In this document: positions 1-8,871 of the stretch, in pieces
Layout of the letters: every line of letters starts with the position of its first letter
How positions within the stretch are numbered: position 1 is the first letter of the stretch
Source of the DNA: Escherichia phage vB_EcoM_DE16
DNA length: 64,000 nucleotides
Reading direction: 5' to 3' (one strand)
Sequence record: OP595145.1
Translations under genes and position numbers: made by a program
The notes under the pieces: generated by a model
What the model saw: the letters and a program-made list of their open reading frames with translations, nothing else
Databases searched by the model: none
Told to the model about the DNA's origin: nothing

Positions 1-2
1 TA

Positions 3-422
3 TTGTCTCATTTTATTGAGCGAGATGTAGATATTGTTGTAGAAGCTATAAACTCTCAACTGATCCCTCAAACACTACGACTAAACAATATCTTCCTTTC
101 TGATGAAGATATGCCTAAGTTTGTCAGTGGTGAAATGGGTGATCCTGATATTGAAGTAAATGCTAAAGCTATTCAGCAGTTGGTAGCCTCTGGTGCAATA
201 CCTTTAACCCCAGAAGTTATTAACGAGTTCCTTGAAAAAATTGGTTTTGAATATCGCATCCCTGACGATATTGTTGCCAATAAAGAGAAATTCTTTGAAT
301 TCATGGATAACTATATGCCTGACAAAACTTCACGATCAGGAGATGGTTTAGCTACAGCGGGAACTGGAACGTCTGATACTGTTTCTGCTTTAGATCCTTC
401 AGCACAAAACCTGTCGAATTAA
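3..422 (+). CDS. head morphogenesis protein, C-terminal fragment (possibly portal); ORF open at window start
   Basis: ORF runs from window edge to stop at 420-422; sits immediately upstream of the scaffold/decoration/major capsid block; no diagnostic motif recognised. Confidence 0.3.
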   Translation: MSHFIERDVDIVVEAINSQLIPQTLRLNNIFLSDEDMPKFVSGEMGDPDIEVNAKAIQQLVASGAIPLTPEVINEFLEKIGFEYRIPDDIVANKEKFFEFMDNYMPDKTSRSGDGLATAGTGTSDTVSALDPSAQNLSN

Positions 423-450
423 AAATATTTAATATTTTTTAATTTTTCTA

Positions 451-479
451 TTGACAAAACAACAAATATCCTGTAGACT
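451..479 (+). promoter_or_regulatory. sigma70-like promoter, TTGACA-N17-TAGACT
   Basis: Consensus -35 hexamer, 17-nt spacer, TAnnnT -10, about 35 nt upstream of the 516 ORF; coordinates approximate. Confidence 0.4.
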
Positions 480-515
480 AAGATTTATGGGATATCTGTT
501 TTTAAGAGGTTTCAA

Positions 516-995
516 ATGGAACTCAATAAAGATACACTGTGGGAACTCTTCAAAACCTTCGCTGGTTTTAAAGAGAATTCTGAATCCCAACAAGATTCTA
601 TACCATCTCAAAAACCTGAAACTTTAGTCAAACAAAATAAATTTGACGAAGAAAAGATGCAGGTTATTGAGGTCTTGTATTGTCCACCTGAAGAAGACGA
701 TCTCCACGGAGAGCGCATGTCTGATTTGGAAATCAGGAAGATGGTTGACAACTTCAATGAGAATATTACCAACATTAGTGGTAATCTTGGTCACATGAAG
801 AACACCGATAAGTTTTCTCCAATTAAAGCTTGGGTAAATGAAGTCGATTGTTACATTGGTGACGAACTCGTTGTGGAAGGAACTCCCCTCGTTAAAATCC
901 AATTCAACGACCCTGAATTATATCAAGCTCGTAAAGACGGCGTTCTTAAAGGTTTGAGTATAGGCGCAATGGGCGTTAAAGTCAAGAAGGACTAA
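516..995 (+). CDS. head assembly protein (possible prohead protease or scaffold-associated)
   Basis: 159 aa; RBS GAGG before ATG; position between putative portal fragment and scaffold-like gene; function inferred from gene order only. Confidence 0.4.
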   Translation: MELNKDTLWELFKTFAGFKENSESQQDSIPSQKPETLVKQNKFDEEKMQVIEVLYCPPEEDDLHGERMSDLEIRKMVDNFNENITNISGNLGHMKNTDKFSPIKAWVNEVDCYIGDELVVEGTPLVKIQFNDPELYQARKDGVLKGLSIGAMGVKVKKD

Positions 996-997
996 TC

Positions 998-2113
998 GTG
1001 GCAAATACATATTTAACTAACGTAGACTTTTCAGGAAAAGCTACGGAAGAGTCACTAGGTGCTCATATTGCTTACACTTTTGATTTTCAAGGTGGAGCGG
1101 CATCTGGTTACAATACCCCCCTTTTATTTAAGTCAGACGGATCTCCAGACATAACTTTTGAAAAGTTAGAAGCTCTCACTAAAATGGGAGAAGATGTTAC
1201 AGAGTTACGTAAAAGCTATATTCAACAAGTGATGGATCGCATTTCTGAAAAAGTGCGTGAAAAATTTGAAGCTGGTTGGGATTGGGTTTACGTTATTGAT
1301 GCTGACTTCGATGCGAACGTTGCAATTTTCTGTTCAGATAACGGTATGTTCTCTGTTGGCTTTAAAGTTGACGGACTGAATGTTGAAGTTGAAGAGGTTG
1401 CTAAACCTGTTGTTCGTGTTACTGATTATCAAGTTGTTGATGGTGATGTAATGATCTCCATTGATTTCTTTGAGGACGTTTTAGACGATGCTTTGAGTAA
1501 TCTCGTTAAGAGTTCCTTGAAACAAAGTCAAGTTAAAGATTATTTAGTGAAAGCTCACGCTAAAGCTAATACAAACTCTGTGGATGCAGAGGCTAACCCC
1601 GCAGGTGATAAATCTGCAAACACAACTGGAATCAATAAAGGAGAAACCCCTTTGGAAAATATCAACAAAGAAGAATTCCTGAAATCTGCTGAATTCCAAG
1701 AACTGATGAAAGCACAGATTGCTGAAGCTGTAGAAAAAGCAGCCGCAGATGCACGTGCAGCCGCAGAACTTGAAGCACAGGAAAAAATCGCTAAGGCAGA
1801 ACAGGAAGCAGAAGAACTTCGTAAAGCTGAACAAGCTCGTATCGAAGAAGAATATACAACTGTTGTTAAATCCTATTCTTTCGTAGAAGAAGACAAAGTT
1901 GAAGCTCTCGTTAAATATCTGGTAGACAATAAAGATATCGCTGAAACTATCGTCAAAGCATTCGAAAAAGCACGTGCAGAAGTGGACGCAGTTAAGAAAG
2001 AATTTGGAACAGAACGTGGTGTTGACGTGATCAATACTCAACCTGTAGCTAAATCTTCTTCTGAACTGATTAGTCAGAAAGCTGCTGAACTTAAAAAAGC
2101 CCAGAAACAATAA
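998..2113 (+). CDS. scaffolding protein (putative)
   Basis: 371 aa, GTG start; C-terminal half is A/E/K-rich predicted coiled coil (AEAVEKAAADARAAAELEAQEKIAKAEQEAEELRKAEQ); located before decoration and capsid genes. Confidence 0.5.
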   Translation: MANTYLTNVDFSGKATEESLGAHIAYTFDFQGGAASGYNTPLLFKSDGSPDITFEKLEALTKMGEDVTELRKSYIQQVMDRISEKVREKFEAGWDWVYVIDADFDANVAIFCSDNGMFSVGFKVDGLNVEVEEVAKPVVRVTDYQVVDGDVMISIDFFEDVLDDALSNLVKSSLKQSQVKDYLVKAHAKANTNSVDAEANPAGDKSANTTGINKGETPLENINKEEFLKSAEFQELMKAQIAEAVEKAAADARAAAELEAQEKIAKAEQEAEELRKAEQARIEEEYTTVVKSYSFVEEDKVEALVKYLVDNKDIAETIVKAFEKARAEVDAVKKEFGTERGVDVINTQPVAKSSSELISQKAAELKKAQKQ

Positions 2114-2132
2114 TCTTAGGAGATTAAATTAA

Positions 2133-2531
2133 ATGGCTAAAGGAATTACTTTATCTAACTCTCGCCAGGAATTCGGACACCTGGTTCTGGGTGGAGTGTT
2201 TAGCTCTGACCTTGGACACTGTGTACGTGAAGTTAACCTGGTTAAAACAGCAACCATGAAAATTGGTTCTATCCTGAAAGCTGACAACACTGAAGCTGCT
2301 AAAGCTGAAGCTGCCGATGCTGCTAAAGTTCTGATTTGGACTGATGCTCTGTTCGGTATTGACGATGTAGCAGTAGGTGACACTTTCACCGCAGTTGTTG
2401 GCGTACGTGATCTTACTCTGAACCGCTTTGCAGTATACTACAAAGATGGCTCCCTGGTAGATGACGCTGGCGTAGCAGCACTGGAAACACATGATCTGAA
2501 ACTGACCGAAAAAGTCGTTTTCACTTCTTAA
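2133..2531 (+). CDS. head decoration protein (lambda gpD-like position)
   Basis: 132 aa; strong RBS AGGAGATTAA; directly precedes the major capsid gene as D precedes E in lambda. Confidence 0.45.
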   Translation: MAKGITLSNSRQEFGHLVLGGVFSSDLGHCVREVNLVKTATMKIGSILKADNTEAAKAEAADAAKVLIWTDALFGIDDVAVGDTFTAVVGVRDLTLNRFAVYYKDGSLVDDAGVAALETHDLKLTEKVVFTS

Positions 2532-2552
2532 TTTTAATAGGAGATTAATATA

Positions 2553-3554
2553 ATGCCAGCAGTAATTTTAGATCAGGTTGTAGATTTCAGCCCTATGATC
2601 GAACTTCAGGATTCCCCTGATACACTGATTGCCAGCCTGAATCTGTTCAGTGTTGACTATCATTCAACTACCGCTATTGAAATCGGTAAAGAAAAAGCTG
2701 AAGATGCTCTGATCTCCGCTCGTGAGCGTGGTGGTGAGCGTAACTTCCTGACCATGAAAAATCCAGAACTGAAAGCGTTCCGCATTCCGTTCTTCCCTCT
2801 GGATAAAAACATCAAAGCTCAAGATATCCAATCTTTCCGTAGCTTTGCAATGGCAGGAATCAATGACTCTCTGCGCACAGACGCTGAAGTTGTTAACCGC
2901 TATATGTCCCAGATTCTGCGTGACGTAGCAAAAACCAAAGAGAAAATCTTTGCAGAAGCAGTTATGGGTCGTGCCTATAACGGCGTAGGTGGTGCAGCTA
3001 ACTCTGCATACAACTGGTATACCGAATGGGGTGCTACCCAGAAATCTGTTGCTGTAGACTTTGCTTCTACCACTGTTTCTCCAGCAGCCACTATCGAACA
3101 AGAAGCTCGTGCTTACATCATCGATACTAAACAAGATGGCTCTACCGCTACCCGTATCGTAGCTCTGTGTTCTCGTGAGTTTTTCGCATCTCTGGTTAAC
3201 TCTCCATTTGTTCGCCAGGCATATCAGTATTTCCAGGGAACTCCTAACCTTCTGCGTGACCGCCTTAGCGGTAACATGGATGTTCAGGTGTTCGAATGGA
3301 ACGGTGTAACTTACATTGAAGATATCCACGGTAACATCCCTGCTGGTGAAGCATATGTTCTGCCTATGGGTATCGAAGGTATGTTCCAGGCGCACTACGC
3401 TCCTGCGGATACTCCAGAACTGGCTAACACCCAGGCTCGTGAACTGTATACCTTCATGATCAGCCAGCACCGCACTATTCAGCTTCAGTCTGAATTCTCG
3501 CTGCTCGCAGTTAACACCCGTCCAGAACTGGTAGTTAAACTGACTACGGCTTAA
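2553..3554 (+). CDS. major capsid protein (lambda gpE-like family)
   Basis: 333 aa; strong RBS AGGAGATTAA; followed by a hairpin terminator; size and order (scaffold, decoration, capsid) match the lambda E-type head module; family assigned by recognition, not by search. Confidence 0.75.
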   Translation: MPAVILDQVVDFSPMIELQDSPDTLIASLNLFSVDYHSTTAIEIGKEKAEDALISARERGGERNFLTMKNPELKAFRIPFFPLDKNIKAQDIQSFRSFAMAGINDSLRTDAEVVNRYMSQILRDVAKTKEKIFAEAVMGRAYNGVGGAANSAYNWYTEWGATQKSVAVDFASTTVSPAATIEQEARAYIIDTKQDGSTATRIVALCSREFFASLVNSPFVRQAYQYFQGTPNLLRDRLSGNMDVQVFEWNGVTYIEDIHGNIPAGEAYVLPMGIEGMFQAHYAPADTPELANTQARELYTFMISQHRTIQLQSEFSLLAVNTRPELVVKLTTA

Positions 3555-3574
3555 TAGAACTCTGTTAAGATTAG

Positions 3575-3606
3575 AGGCTCGTCCGTGATGGGCGAGCCTT
3601 TTCTGT
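3575..3606 (+). terminator. rho-independent terminator after capsid gene
   Basis: Stem AGGCTCG/CGAGCCT with 11-nt loop followed by TTTTCTGTTTT. Confidence 0.55.
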
Positions 3607-3639
3607 TTTACAATAAGAGTTTACAACGAGGAGATTGAT

Positions 3640-3984
3640 ATGTCAAACCCAGAATTGAAACGTTACTTTAGTTATCACGAAATGATTCGTGATTTCGAAT
3701 CGCTTTCACCACTGATCGATGCTGATAAAACATTAGTATCTGCGCCACCAATGTCTTTCTATCTGAAAGATGGTCGTATTGCATTAGGTGGAAACTTCAT
3801 TCACTTCCTCACGCGTTTGAGAGAAGAAACAGGTATTCTTGTGCATCCTTTTGCAAGTGAAGAACACATGGGTTACTATCTTGTAAGTTACGAAGACTAT
3901 GCACCTGTAAAAATCAAAGAAGAAGTTTTAAAAGTAGAAGCGGTAGACACTCCAGCTAAAAAACGTTCCCTTCGTAAAAAATAA
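3640..3984 (+). CDS. hypothetical protein (head completion / head-tail joining region)
   Basis: 114 aa; RBS GAGGAG; lysine-rich C-terminus; position after capsid gene. Confidence 0.45.
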   Translation: MSNPELKRYFSYHEMIRDFESLSPLIDADKTLVSAPPMSFYLKDGRIALGGNFIHFLTRLREETGILVHPFASEEHMGYYLVSYEDYAPVKIKEEVLKVEAVDTPAKKRSLRKK

Positions 3985-3993
3985 GGTGGGCTT

Positions 3994-4542
3994 ATGCTGA
4001 ATGCGGTAGAGTTGGCACCACTGATCCGAATTCTTGTTTATAACCCTTCTCAAGAAGTATTGCCAGATGCAATGCTGATTCAGATCATCCAAACTTGGAT
4101 TGATATTATAGGGAATGAAGATAAGGATAAGTGTGCAGTATTGTGGAACAGCTTGATTTCTGTTTTAGAGTATCTATGGAACAACGATGTTCTTAACAAC
4201 AATACTCAAACAGGAGGAGCTATGTCCCGCAGAGAAAAGATGGGTGAAGTCGAAGTTGAAGTTAAATTTAACAACGGTCAAGTAACTTATAAGTCTCCGT
4301 GGGAAGATATCTATCATAACTATTTAAATGGTCTTATGGTCATTCCTGGGTGCACGGCAGGACGAGGAGCAACCAGTAAAGTTCTTATTGGCGGTGTGGA
4401 TGCTCGTGAGATTGATCGAGTAAACAGCGATCCTAACTCTGTGAATGGTCTTGGTAATGTTGCAAGTGTTGATCGTAATACACGTAACGTTAATTATTTG
4501 CGAAATTACGGACCTGTTTCTTTTTATCGTAGGGACAAATAA
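3994..4542 (+). CDS. hypothetical protein (head-tail connector region)
   Basis: 182 aa ORF tightly packed between neighbours. Confidence 0.45.
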   Translation: MLNAVELAPLIRILVYNPSQEVLPDAMLIQIIQTWIDIIGNEDKDKCAVLWNSLISVLEYLWNNDVLNNNTQTGGAMSRREKMGEVEVEVKFNNGQVTYKSPWEDIYHNYLNGLMVIPGCTAGRGATSKVLIGGVDAREIDRVNSDPNSVNGLGNVASVDRNTRNVNYLRNYGPVSFYRRDK

Positions 4543-5030
4543 TGGAAAGTGAGATCTTACCAGGTGACGATACAGATTGGGAAACCATTATCAAAAAGAT
4601 GATGGACCTTGAACAAGTTCAAATCGAAGCTGGTTTTTTAACAAACAAAAGGCATCCTGAATCAGATCTCACTATTCCTGCAATAGCAGCTATTCAACAA
4701 TATGGTAATGAAACAAATAACATACCTGCTCGTCCTTTTATAACAGATGGTGCTGTTATCTCACAGAACAATATCGCTAAAAAGATGAAGCAGGTTTTTG
4801 CAAATTACCTAATGAACAATGTTGGGTTGGCTGTTTTTGAGCCTATAGCGAGAGCCTCTAGAGAAGGAATAGCTCAAGCGATTGCAATGCAACGTTATCG
4901 TCCTTTATCTCCTGTGACAATTAAGATACGACAAGATAAAGGCAACTATTCTAATCATATCTTAATAGATACGGCACACATGATAAATGCAATCGAAACA
5001 AAAATCACAAAAAGCAAGTCTAAAAAATAA
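4542..5030 (+). CDS. hypothetical protein (possible head closure / neck protein)
   Basis: 162 aa; start overlaps upstream stop (ATGA). Confidence 0.4.
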   Translation: MESEILPGDDTDWETIIKKMMDLEQVQIEAGFLTNKRHPESDLTIPAIAAIQQYGNETNNIPARPFITDGAVISQNNIAKKMKQVFANYLMNNVGLAVFEPIARASREGIAQAIAMQRYRPLSPVTIKIRQDKGNYSNHILIDTAHMINAIETKITKSKSKK

Positions 5031-5031
5031 C

Positions 5032-5060
5032 TTGCATAAACTTTGTTTTTGATGTATACT
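5032..5060 (+). promoter_or_regulatory. sigma70-like promoter, TTGCAT-N17-TATACT
   Basis: Near-consensus hexamers with 17-nt spacer, followed by RBS AAGGAG and a GTG start at 5076. Confidence 0.45.
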
Positions 5061-5075
5061 AAAAAGGAGATACAA

Positions 5076-5492
5076 GTGTTACTAGATCAATTTACTCTCC
5101 TTGATCTAACTGAATACCAAGGTCGTAGACGAGTCTACAAAGAGGCCGTTGGTTCAGTTATTGCTAACTTAGAAAGTAGTGTAGAATATGAACCATTTAC
5201 TATTGAAGCGGCAAGCTTACAACCGATATCTGGTAAAACACTGAATGCACTACCCGAAGGTTACAGATCTAAGGCTCAATATAGTTTCTGGACTAAAACA
5301 GAAATGAAGGGGTTACAACAAGGAACAGAACAGTTATCAGATCAAATATTGATAGATGGTAAATGGTATTCTGTTTATTCCCTTAAAGATTGGACCAGAA
5401 CATCTTTCTTAGTCCATCATCACTGTGTTGCGATATTAGACGATCAAAACAACTCCTGGTCTTATGGAACAGAAGGAGGAAACTTTGGCTAA
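5076..5492 (+). CDS. hypothetical protein (neck / tail completion region)
   Basis: Track ORF begins at 5043; GTG at 5076 is preferred because AAGGAG lies 7 nt upstream and the promoter -10 overlaps 5055-5060. Confidence 0.45.
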   Translation: MLLDQFTLLDLTEYQGRRRVYKEAVGSVIANLESSVEYEPFTIEAASLQPISGKTLNALPEGYRSKAQYSFWTKTEMKGLQQGTEQLSDQILIDGKWYSVYSLKDWTRTSFLVHHHCVAILDDQNNSWSYGTEGGNFG

Positions 5493-6123
5493 TATTTACC
5501 AACAAATAGAAGCATACGAAAATGCCATCTACTTAAATATAGGTGGCTTCCTTCAAGAATTAGTGGGGTTGCCAGTCTATGTTATGGATAAGCCATTCAT
5601 TAAACCGGATACTCCTTACCTAGCACTACGTATTATCACTTCCAGCGATTCTGGAGGTTGGTCTTACCGAAGCTCTATTCAAAATGATATGTATTCCTAC
5701 GAGATGGATAATACCTACGAGATTGAACTTGTAGCCTATCGTGGAAGACCTACCACTTTGATGAGCTATGTTCTGGCTGCTCTCCGTGGTGCAGAGGAAT
5801 TAAAATACAAACATCTCTATTCTAAAGGTCTTGGTTTTTTAGGAGCCTCCAATATAGCTCAAGCCAATACAATTGTAGACGGAGATAAGACTGAATTAAG
5901 AGCGCGTATGGTTATGACGTTCAACACTCGTATGAGTATTGAAGATATTGCTACTACACCAATAGAAGCAATCAACATGCACATCCGTTCATTCAGAGAT
6001 AGTTACAATGATCCTATCCCTTTAGATTTAATTCTAAACAGGGTTTATGCAATTACTTTGGTTCCAGGCGAATACTCGTCAGTTAATCAAAATGGATCAT
6101 TATTTAACAACCCTACCGAATAA
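5464..6123 (+). CDS. hypothetical protein (possible tail terminator / sheath initiator)
   Basis: 219 aa; alternative TTG start at 5485 is preceded by GGAGG; overlaps upstream gene end. Confidence 0.4.
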   Translation: MEQKEETLANIYQQIEAYENAIYLNIGGFLQELVGLPVYVMDKPFIKPDTPYLALRIITSSDSGGWSYRSSIQNDMYSYEMDNTYEIELVAYRGRPTTLMSYVLAALRGAEELKYKHLYSKGLGFLGASNIAQANTIVDGDKTELRARMVMTFNTRMSIEDIATTPIEAINMHIRSFRDSYNDPIPLDLILNRVYAITLVPGEYSSVNQNGSLFNNPTE

Positions 6124-6157
6124 ACTCATTGGAATTAAGTTTCTAACAGGAGCATAA

Positions 6158-7531
6158 ATGGCAACTTTTCGTGAAAAGGTAGCAACCGTAACTTTACTGT
6201 ATGGTGCTACATCAATTCGTGAAACCCAGTTCGATATTCCCCTGATCCTTACAGGTCAGAATGTAACTGGCGAAGCGATTCAATATTACTCTTCTTCCGA
6301 TGCACTTTTGGAAGCAGGTTATGGATTAAATGATCCAGCGTATATTATGGCAGTCAAACTGTTTAACGGTTTGTTCCCACCAGATCAAGTCATGGTTGGT
6401 AAGCGTGAAGTTACAAACTTTACTCTAACTCCAATCGTAGAAGATAGTGCAACTTACACAATTACCATCAAAAATGGTACCAAGAAAAAAGAATTTAAAT
6501 TCATTGCTGATGACACTGCAACTGCACAAGAGATTGTAGTTGGTCTGACTGAAATGATCAATGCAGATCTTGTTTATGGCCCACTGTTTACAGTAGCTAA
6601 CAACGGCGCTGCAATGACTTTCACTCCAGTAGAAGGTAAGTTTGGTTCTATTGACAGCACAGGTTTCACTCAAGAAACTGTCTATGCTAATGCTATTACG
6701 GAAGATATCGCTGCTCTGCATGATATTGATAGTAGCTGGTTCTGGACCCTTTCAGATTCCCATGAAACAGAAGATGTTCTAGCTTTGGCTGCATGGGTAG
6801 AAGAGAATGATAAAGTTTACTTCTTCTCTAGCTCTGAACCTGGAATTAAAACGAAAGCAGAAGATAACGTTCTGGAACGACTGAATGACCTCGGCTATAA
6901 TAACACTTGCTTTGCTTTGTGGATGACCGATGCAGATTCTGTATTCCCAGAAGCAGCAGTTGTTGGTGCAATCTGTTCTCGTCAACCTGGTTTAACTACT
7001 CTTCACGGTAAAACACTGGTAGGTGTAGAGATCGAGAAACTGGATCAGACTTCGGAAAACAATATTGTTCAACAGAACGGTAACATCTATCGTAAAGAGC
7101 ATGGAACTCTGTTCTATCGTGATGGATTGATGGTTAGCGGTTTCTTTGTTGACTATGTTGTTCATGCTTTGTGGTTTAAAGCTCGCACAGAAGAATCACT
7201 GTTTACACTGTTTAAACAACAGTCTATGCTGGGTGGTGGTGTTCGTGCTACTTCAAACGGTCTGGCTTTGATTCGACAAGCTGTTCTGGCTAACCCGATC
7301 CAAGTAGGTATCCTCAACGGTTCCATCGCTAATGAAGTTGTTACTTCTGAAGAGACTGGTTTGCGTGTCGATCTGAAACCTATTGTTTATATTCCTTCTC
7401 GTGCCGATATGACCGATGCGCAAATCAATGCTCGTCTGGTTGATGGGATGAAGATTGAATATGTTTACGCTGGCTTCTTCCATTACGTTAAAGTTCAGGT
7501 CAACGTCCTGACTAACCGTACTGCAAACTAA
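6158..7531 (+). CDS. tail sheath protein
   Basis: 457 aa; RBS AGGAG; immediately precedes a 159-aa tube-like gene; size and order typical of contractile tails. Confidence 0.65.
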   Translation: MATFREKVATVTLLYGATSIRETQFDIPLILTGQNVTGEAIQYYSSSDALLEAGYGLNDPAYIMAVKLFNGLFPPDQVMVGKREVTNFTLTPIVEDSATYTITIKNGTKKKEFKFIADDTATAQEIVVGLTEMINADLVYGPLFTVANNGAAMTFTPVEGKFGSIDSTGFTQETVYANAITEDIAALHDIDSSWFWTLSDSHETEDVLALAAWVEENDKVYFFSSSEPGIKTKAEDNVLERLNDLGYNNTCFALWMTDADSVFPEAAVVGAICSRQPGLTTLHGKTLVGVEIEKLDQTSENNIVQQNGNIYRKEHGTLFYRDGLMVSGFFVDYVVHALWFKARTEESLFTLFKQQSMLGGGVRATSNGLALIRQAVLANPIQVGILNGSIANEVVTSEETGLRVDLKPIVYIPSRADMTDAQINARLVDGMKIEYVYAGFFHYVKVQVNVLTNRTAN

Positions 7532-7533
7532 TA

Positions 7534-7560
7534 CGGCGGGGGTTAAGCCCCCGTTATCAA
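7534..7560 (+). terminator. hairpin terminator after sheath gene
   Basis: GC stem CGGGGG/CCCCCG with short loop then TTATCAAAAT; T-tract is weak. Confidence 0.4.
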
Positions 7561-7577
7561 AATAAAGAGGATCTATA

Positions 7578-8057
7578 ATGGATAAAATGCTTACTGGCGT
7601 AATGGCCTACGACCCATCTCAAGTTATCCTTTCATTAGGTGGTTGGGAACCGTGGGGTTTTGCGGCTGATACTAAAATCGTTATTGCTAAATCTAACGAT
7701 ATTATCAACCCTTATTCAGGGACTGATGGTGACGTTTCACTAGCTTTGAGTCGTAACCGTTTGGGAACACTCACAATGTCTTTGCAACGCACATCTCCAG
7801 CTAACGAAGTACTTGCAACATATGCACAAACAATGTATTCTACTCGTCAAGTAGCATTCAGTGTTTACTTGGAAGACCCACGTGGCTATTACATTAGCAC
7901 GATTGGATGGATTCAAAGTCAGCCTGAAGATACTATTGGCGAAATGATTACAGAGAACCAATGGGTTATTGGTCTTAAAGATGCAAGCCTTCTGCGTAAT
8001 GAAGTTGGTGTAGGTTTGAGCACCCTTAACTCAATCTCTGCTCTGACAATTCAATAA
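7578..8057 (+). CDS. tail tube protein
   Basis: 159 aa; follows sheath; followed by a strong terminator. Confidence 0.6.
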   Translation: MDKMLTGVMAYDPSQVILSLGGWEPWGFAADTKIVIAKSNDIINPYSGTDGDVSLALSRNRLGTLTMSLQRTSPANEVLATYAQTMYSTRQVAFSVYLEDPRGYYISTIGWIQSQPEDTIGEMITENQWVIGLKDASLLRNEVGVGLSTLNSISALTIQ

Positions 8058-8063
8058 TAAATA

Positions 8064-8085
8064 AAGGGCAGAAATGCCCTTTTTA
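8064..8085 (+). terminator. rho-independent terminator after tube gene
   Basis: AAGGGCA-GAAA-TGCCCTT followed by TTTT. Confidence 0.65.
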
Positions 8086-8102
8086 TCATTAGAGAGGAAA
8101 AT

Positions 8103-8585
8103 ATGTCACAAGAACAAGATAACACAATTCAAAAATATGCTCGACCAGAAGAAGTAGTTGAGATTCCGTTAGATGGAAACAGATCTGTTACTTTCCGTAT
8201 TATGAAGTGGAGTCCATCTAAAGTGTTTGACAGGATTCCAGAATTGGGTAGTGTTCTGGTTGTTCCTATGACTATGTATAGCACAGCAACAATGTCCGCA
8301 GACGAAGACCTTGAGTCACGTATTGCTATGGCACTGATCCAACTTTTTGCAGGTTTGGAAGAAAAGAATTTAACTGTCTTTTTGCGTAAAATTTTAGATG
8401 AGGTTTATACTCAAGACGGTTATAACGTTGCAGAAAATTTTGATGAATTATTTATGGCTCACCCAGAACTAGTGTTAGATCTTACTGCTAAAGTTCTGGA
8501 GGTAAACTACGGCCCTTTTTTCAAACGAGGTTTCGGAAAACTGTTCACACAGCTTCAGGCGATGACGAGTTTAGCAGCAAATTAA
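8103..8585 (+). CDS. tail assembly chaperone (gpG/gpE-like)
   Basis: 160 aa between tube and tape measure genes; contains slippery heptamer T_TTT_TTC at 8516-8522. Confidence 0.55.
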   Translation: MSQEQDNTIQKYARPEEVVEIPLDGNRSVTFRIMKWSPSKVFDRIPELGSVLVVPMTMYSTATMSADEDLESRIAMALIQLFAGLEEKNLTVFLRKILDEVYTQDGYNVAENFDELFMAHPELVLDLTAKVLEVNYGPFFKRGFGKLFTQLQAMTSLAAN

Positions 8586-8851
8586 CACCTGCGATTGAAC
8601 ATGCTATCGACACAGCAACGAAAACCCTTACTTTGAAGTGGTATGAGGTTATTCTTTGCAAAGTCGTTAAAGATACCTCGGAAACACTGAAAACATTGGA
8701 TAACTACGGTGTAGATTATCTTTTAAAACTATATGAGTATTTAACATACGAAGAGTATGTTGAAGCCATGTATGTTAAAGACACTTCAATAAAGAGAAAA
8801 CATCAAAACCAGACAAATAAAATGTCAGATTTGTTTAAGAAACTTGTTTAA
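8103..8851 (+). CDS. tail assembly chaperone, predicted -1 frameshift-extended form (GT/E' analogue)
   Basis: The -1 frame is open from 8492 to the stop at 8849-8851; slip at 8516-8522 would fuse about 139 aa of frame 0 to about 110 aa of the -1 frame. Confidence 0.45.
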
Positions 8852-8871
8852 TCCAACACGAGGAACATACT

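Noticed and set aside
1544-3470. Antisense ORFs inside the scaffold, decoration and capsid genes (1544-2110, 2151-2492, 2664-3470 on the minus strand)
   Set aside because: Cys/Phe-rich improbable translations lying entirely within strongly supported co-directional structural genes; typical shadow frames
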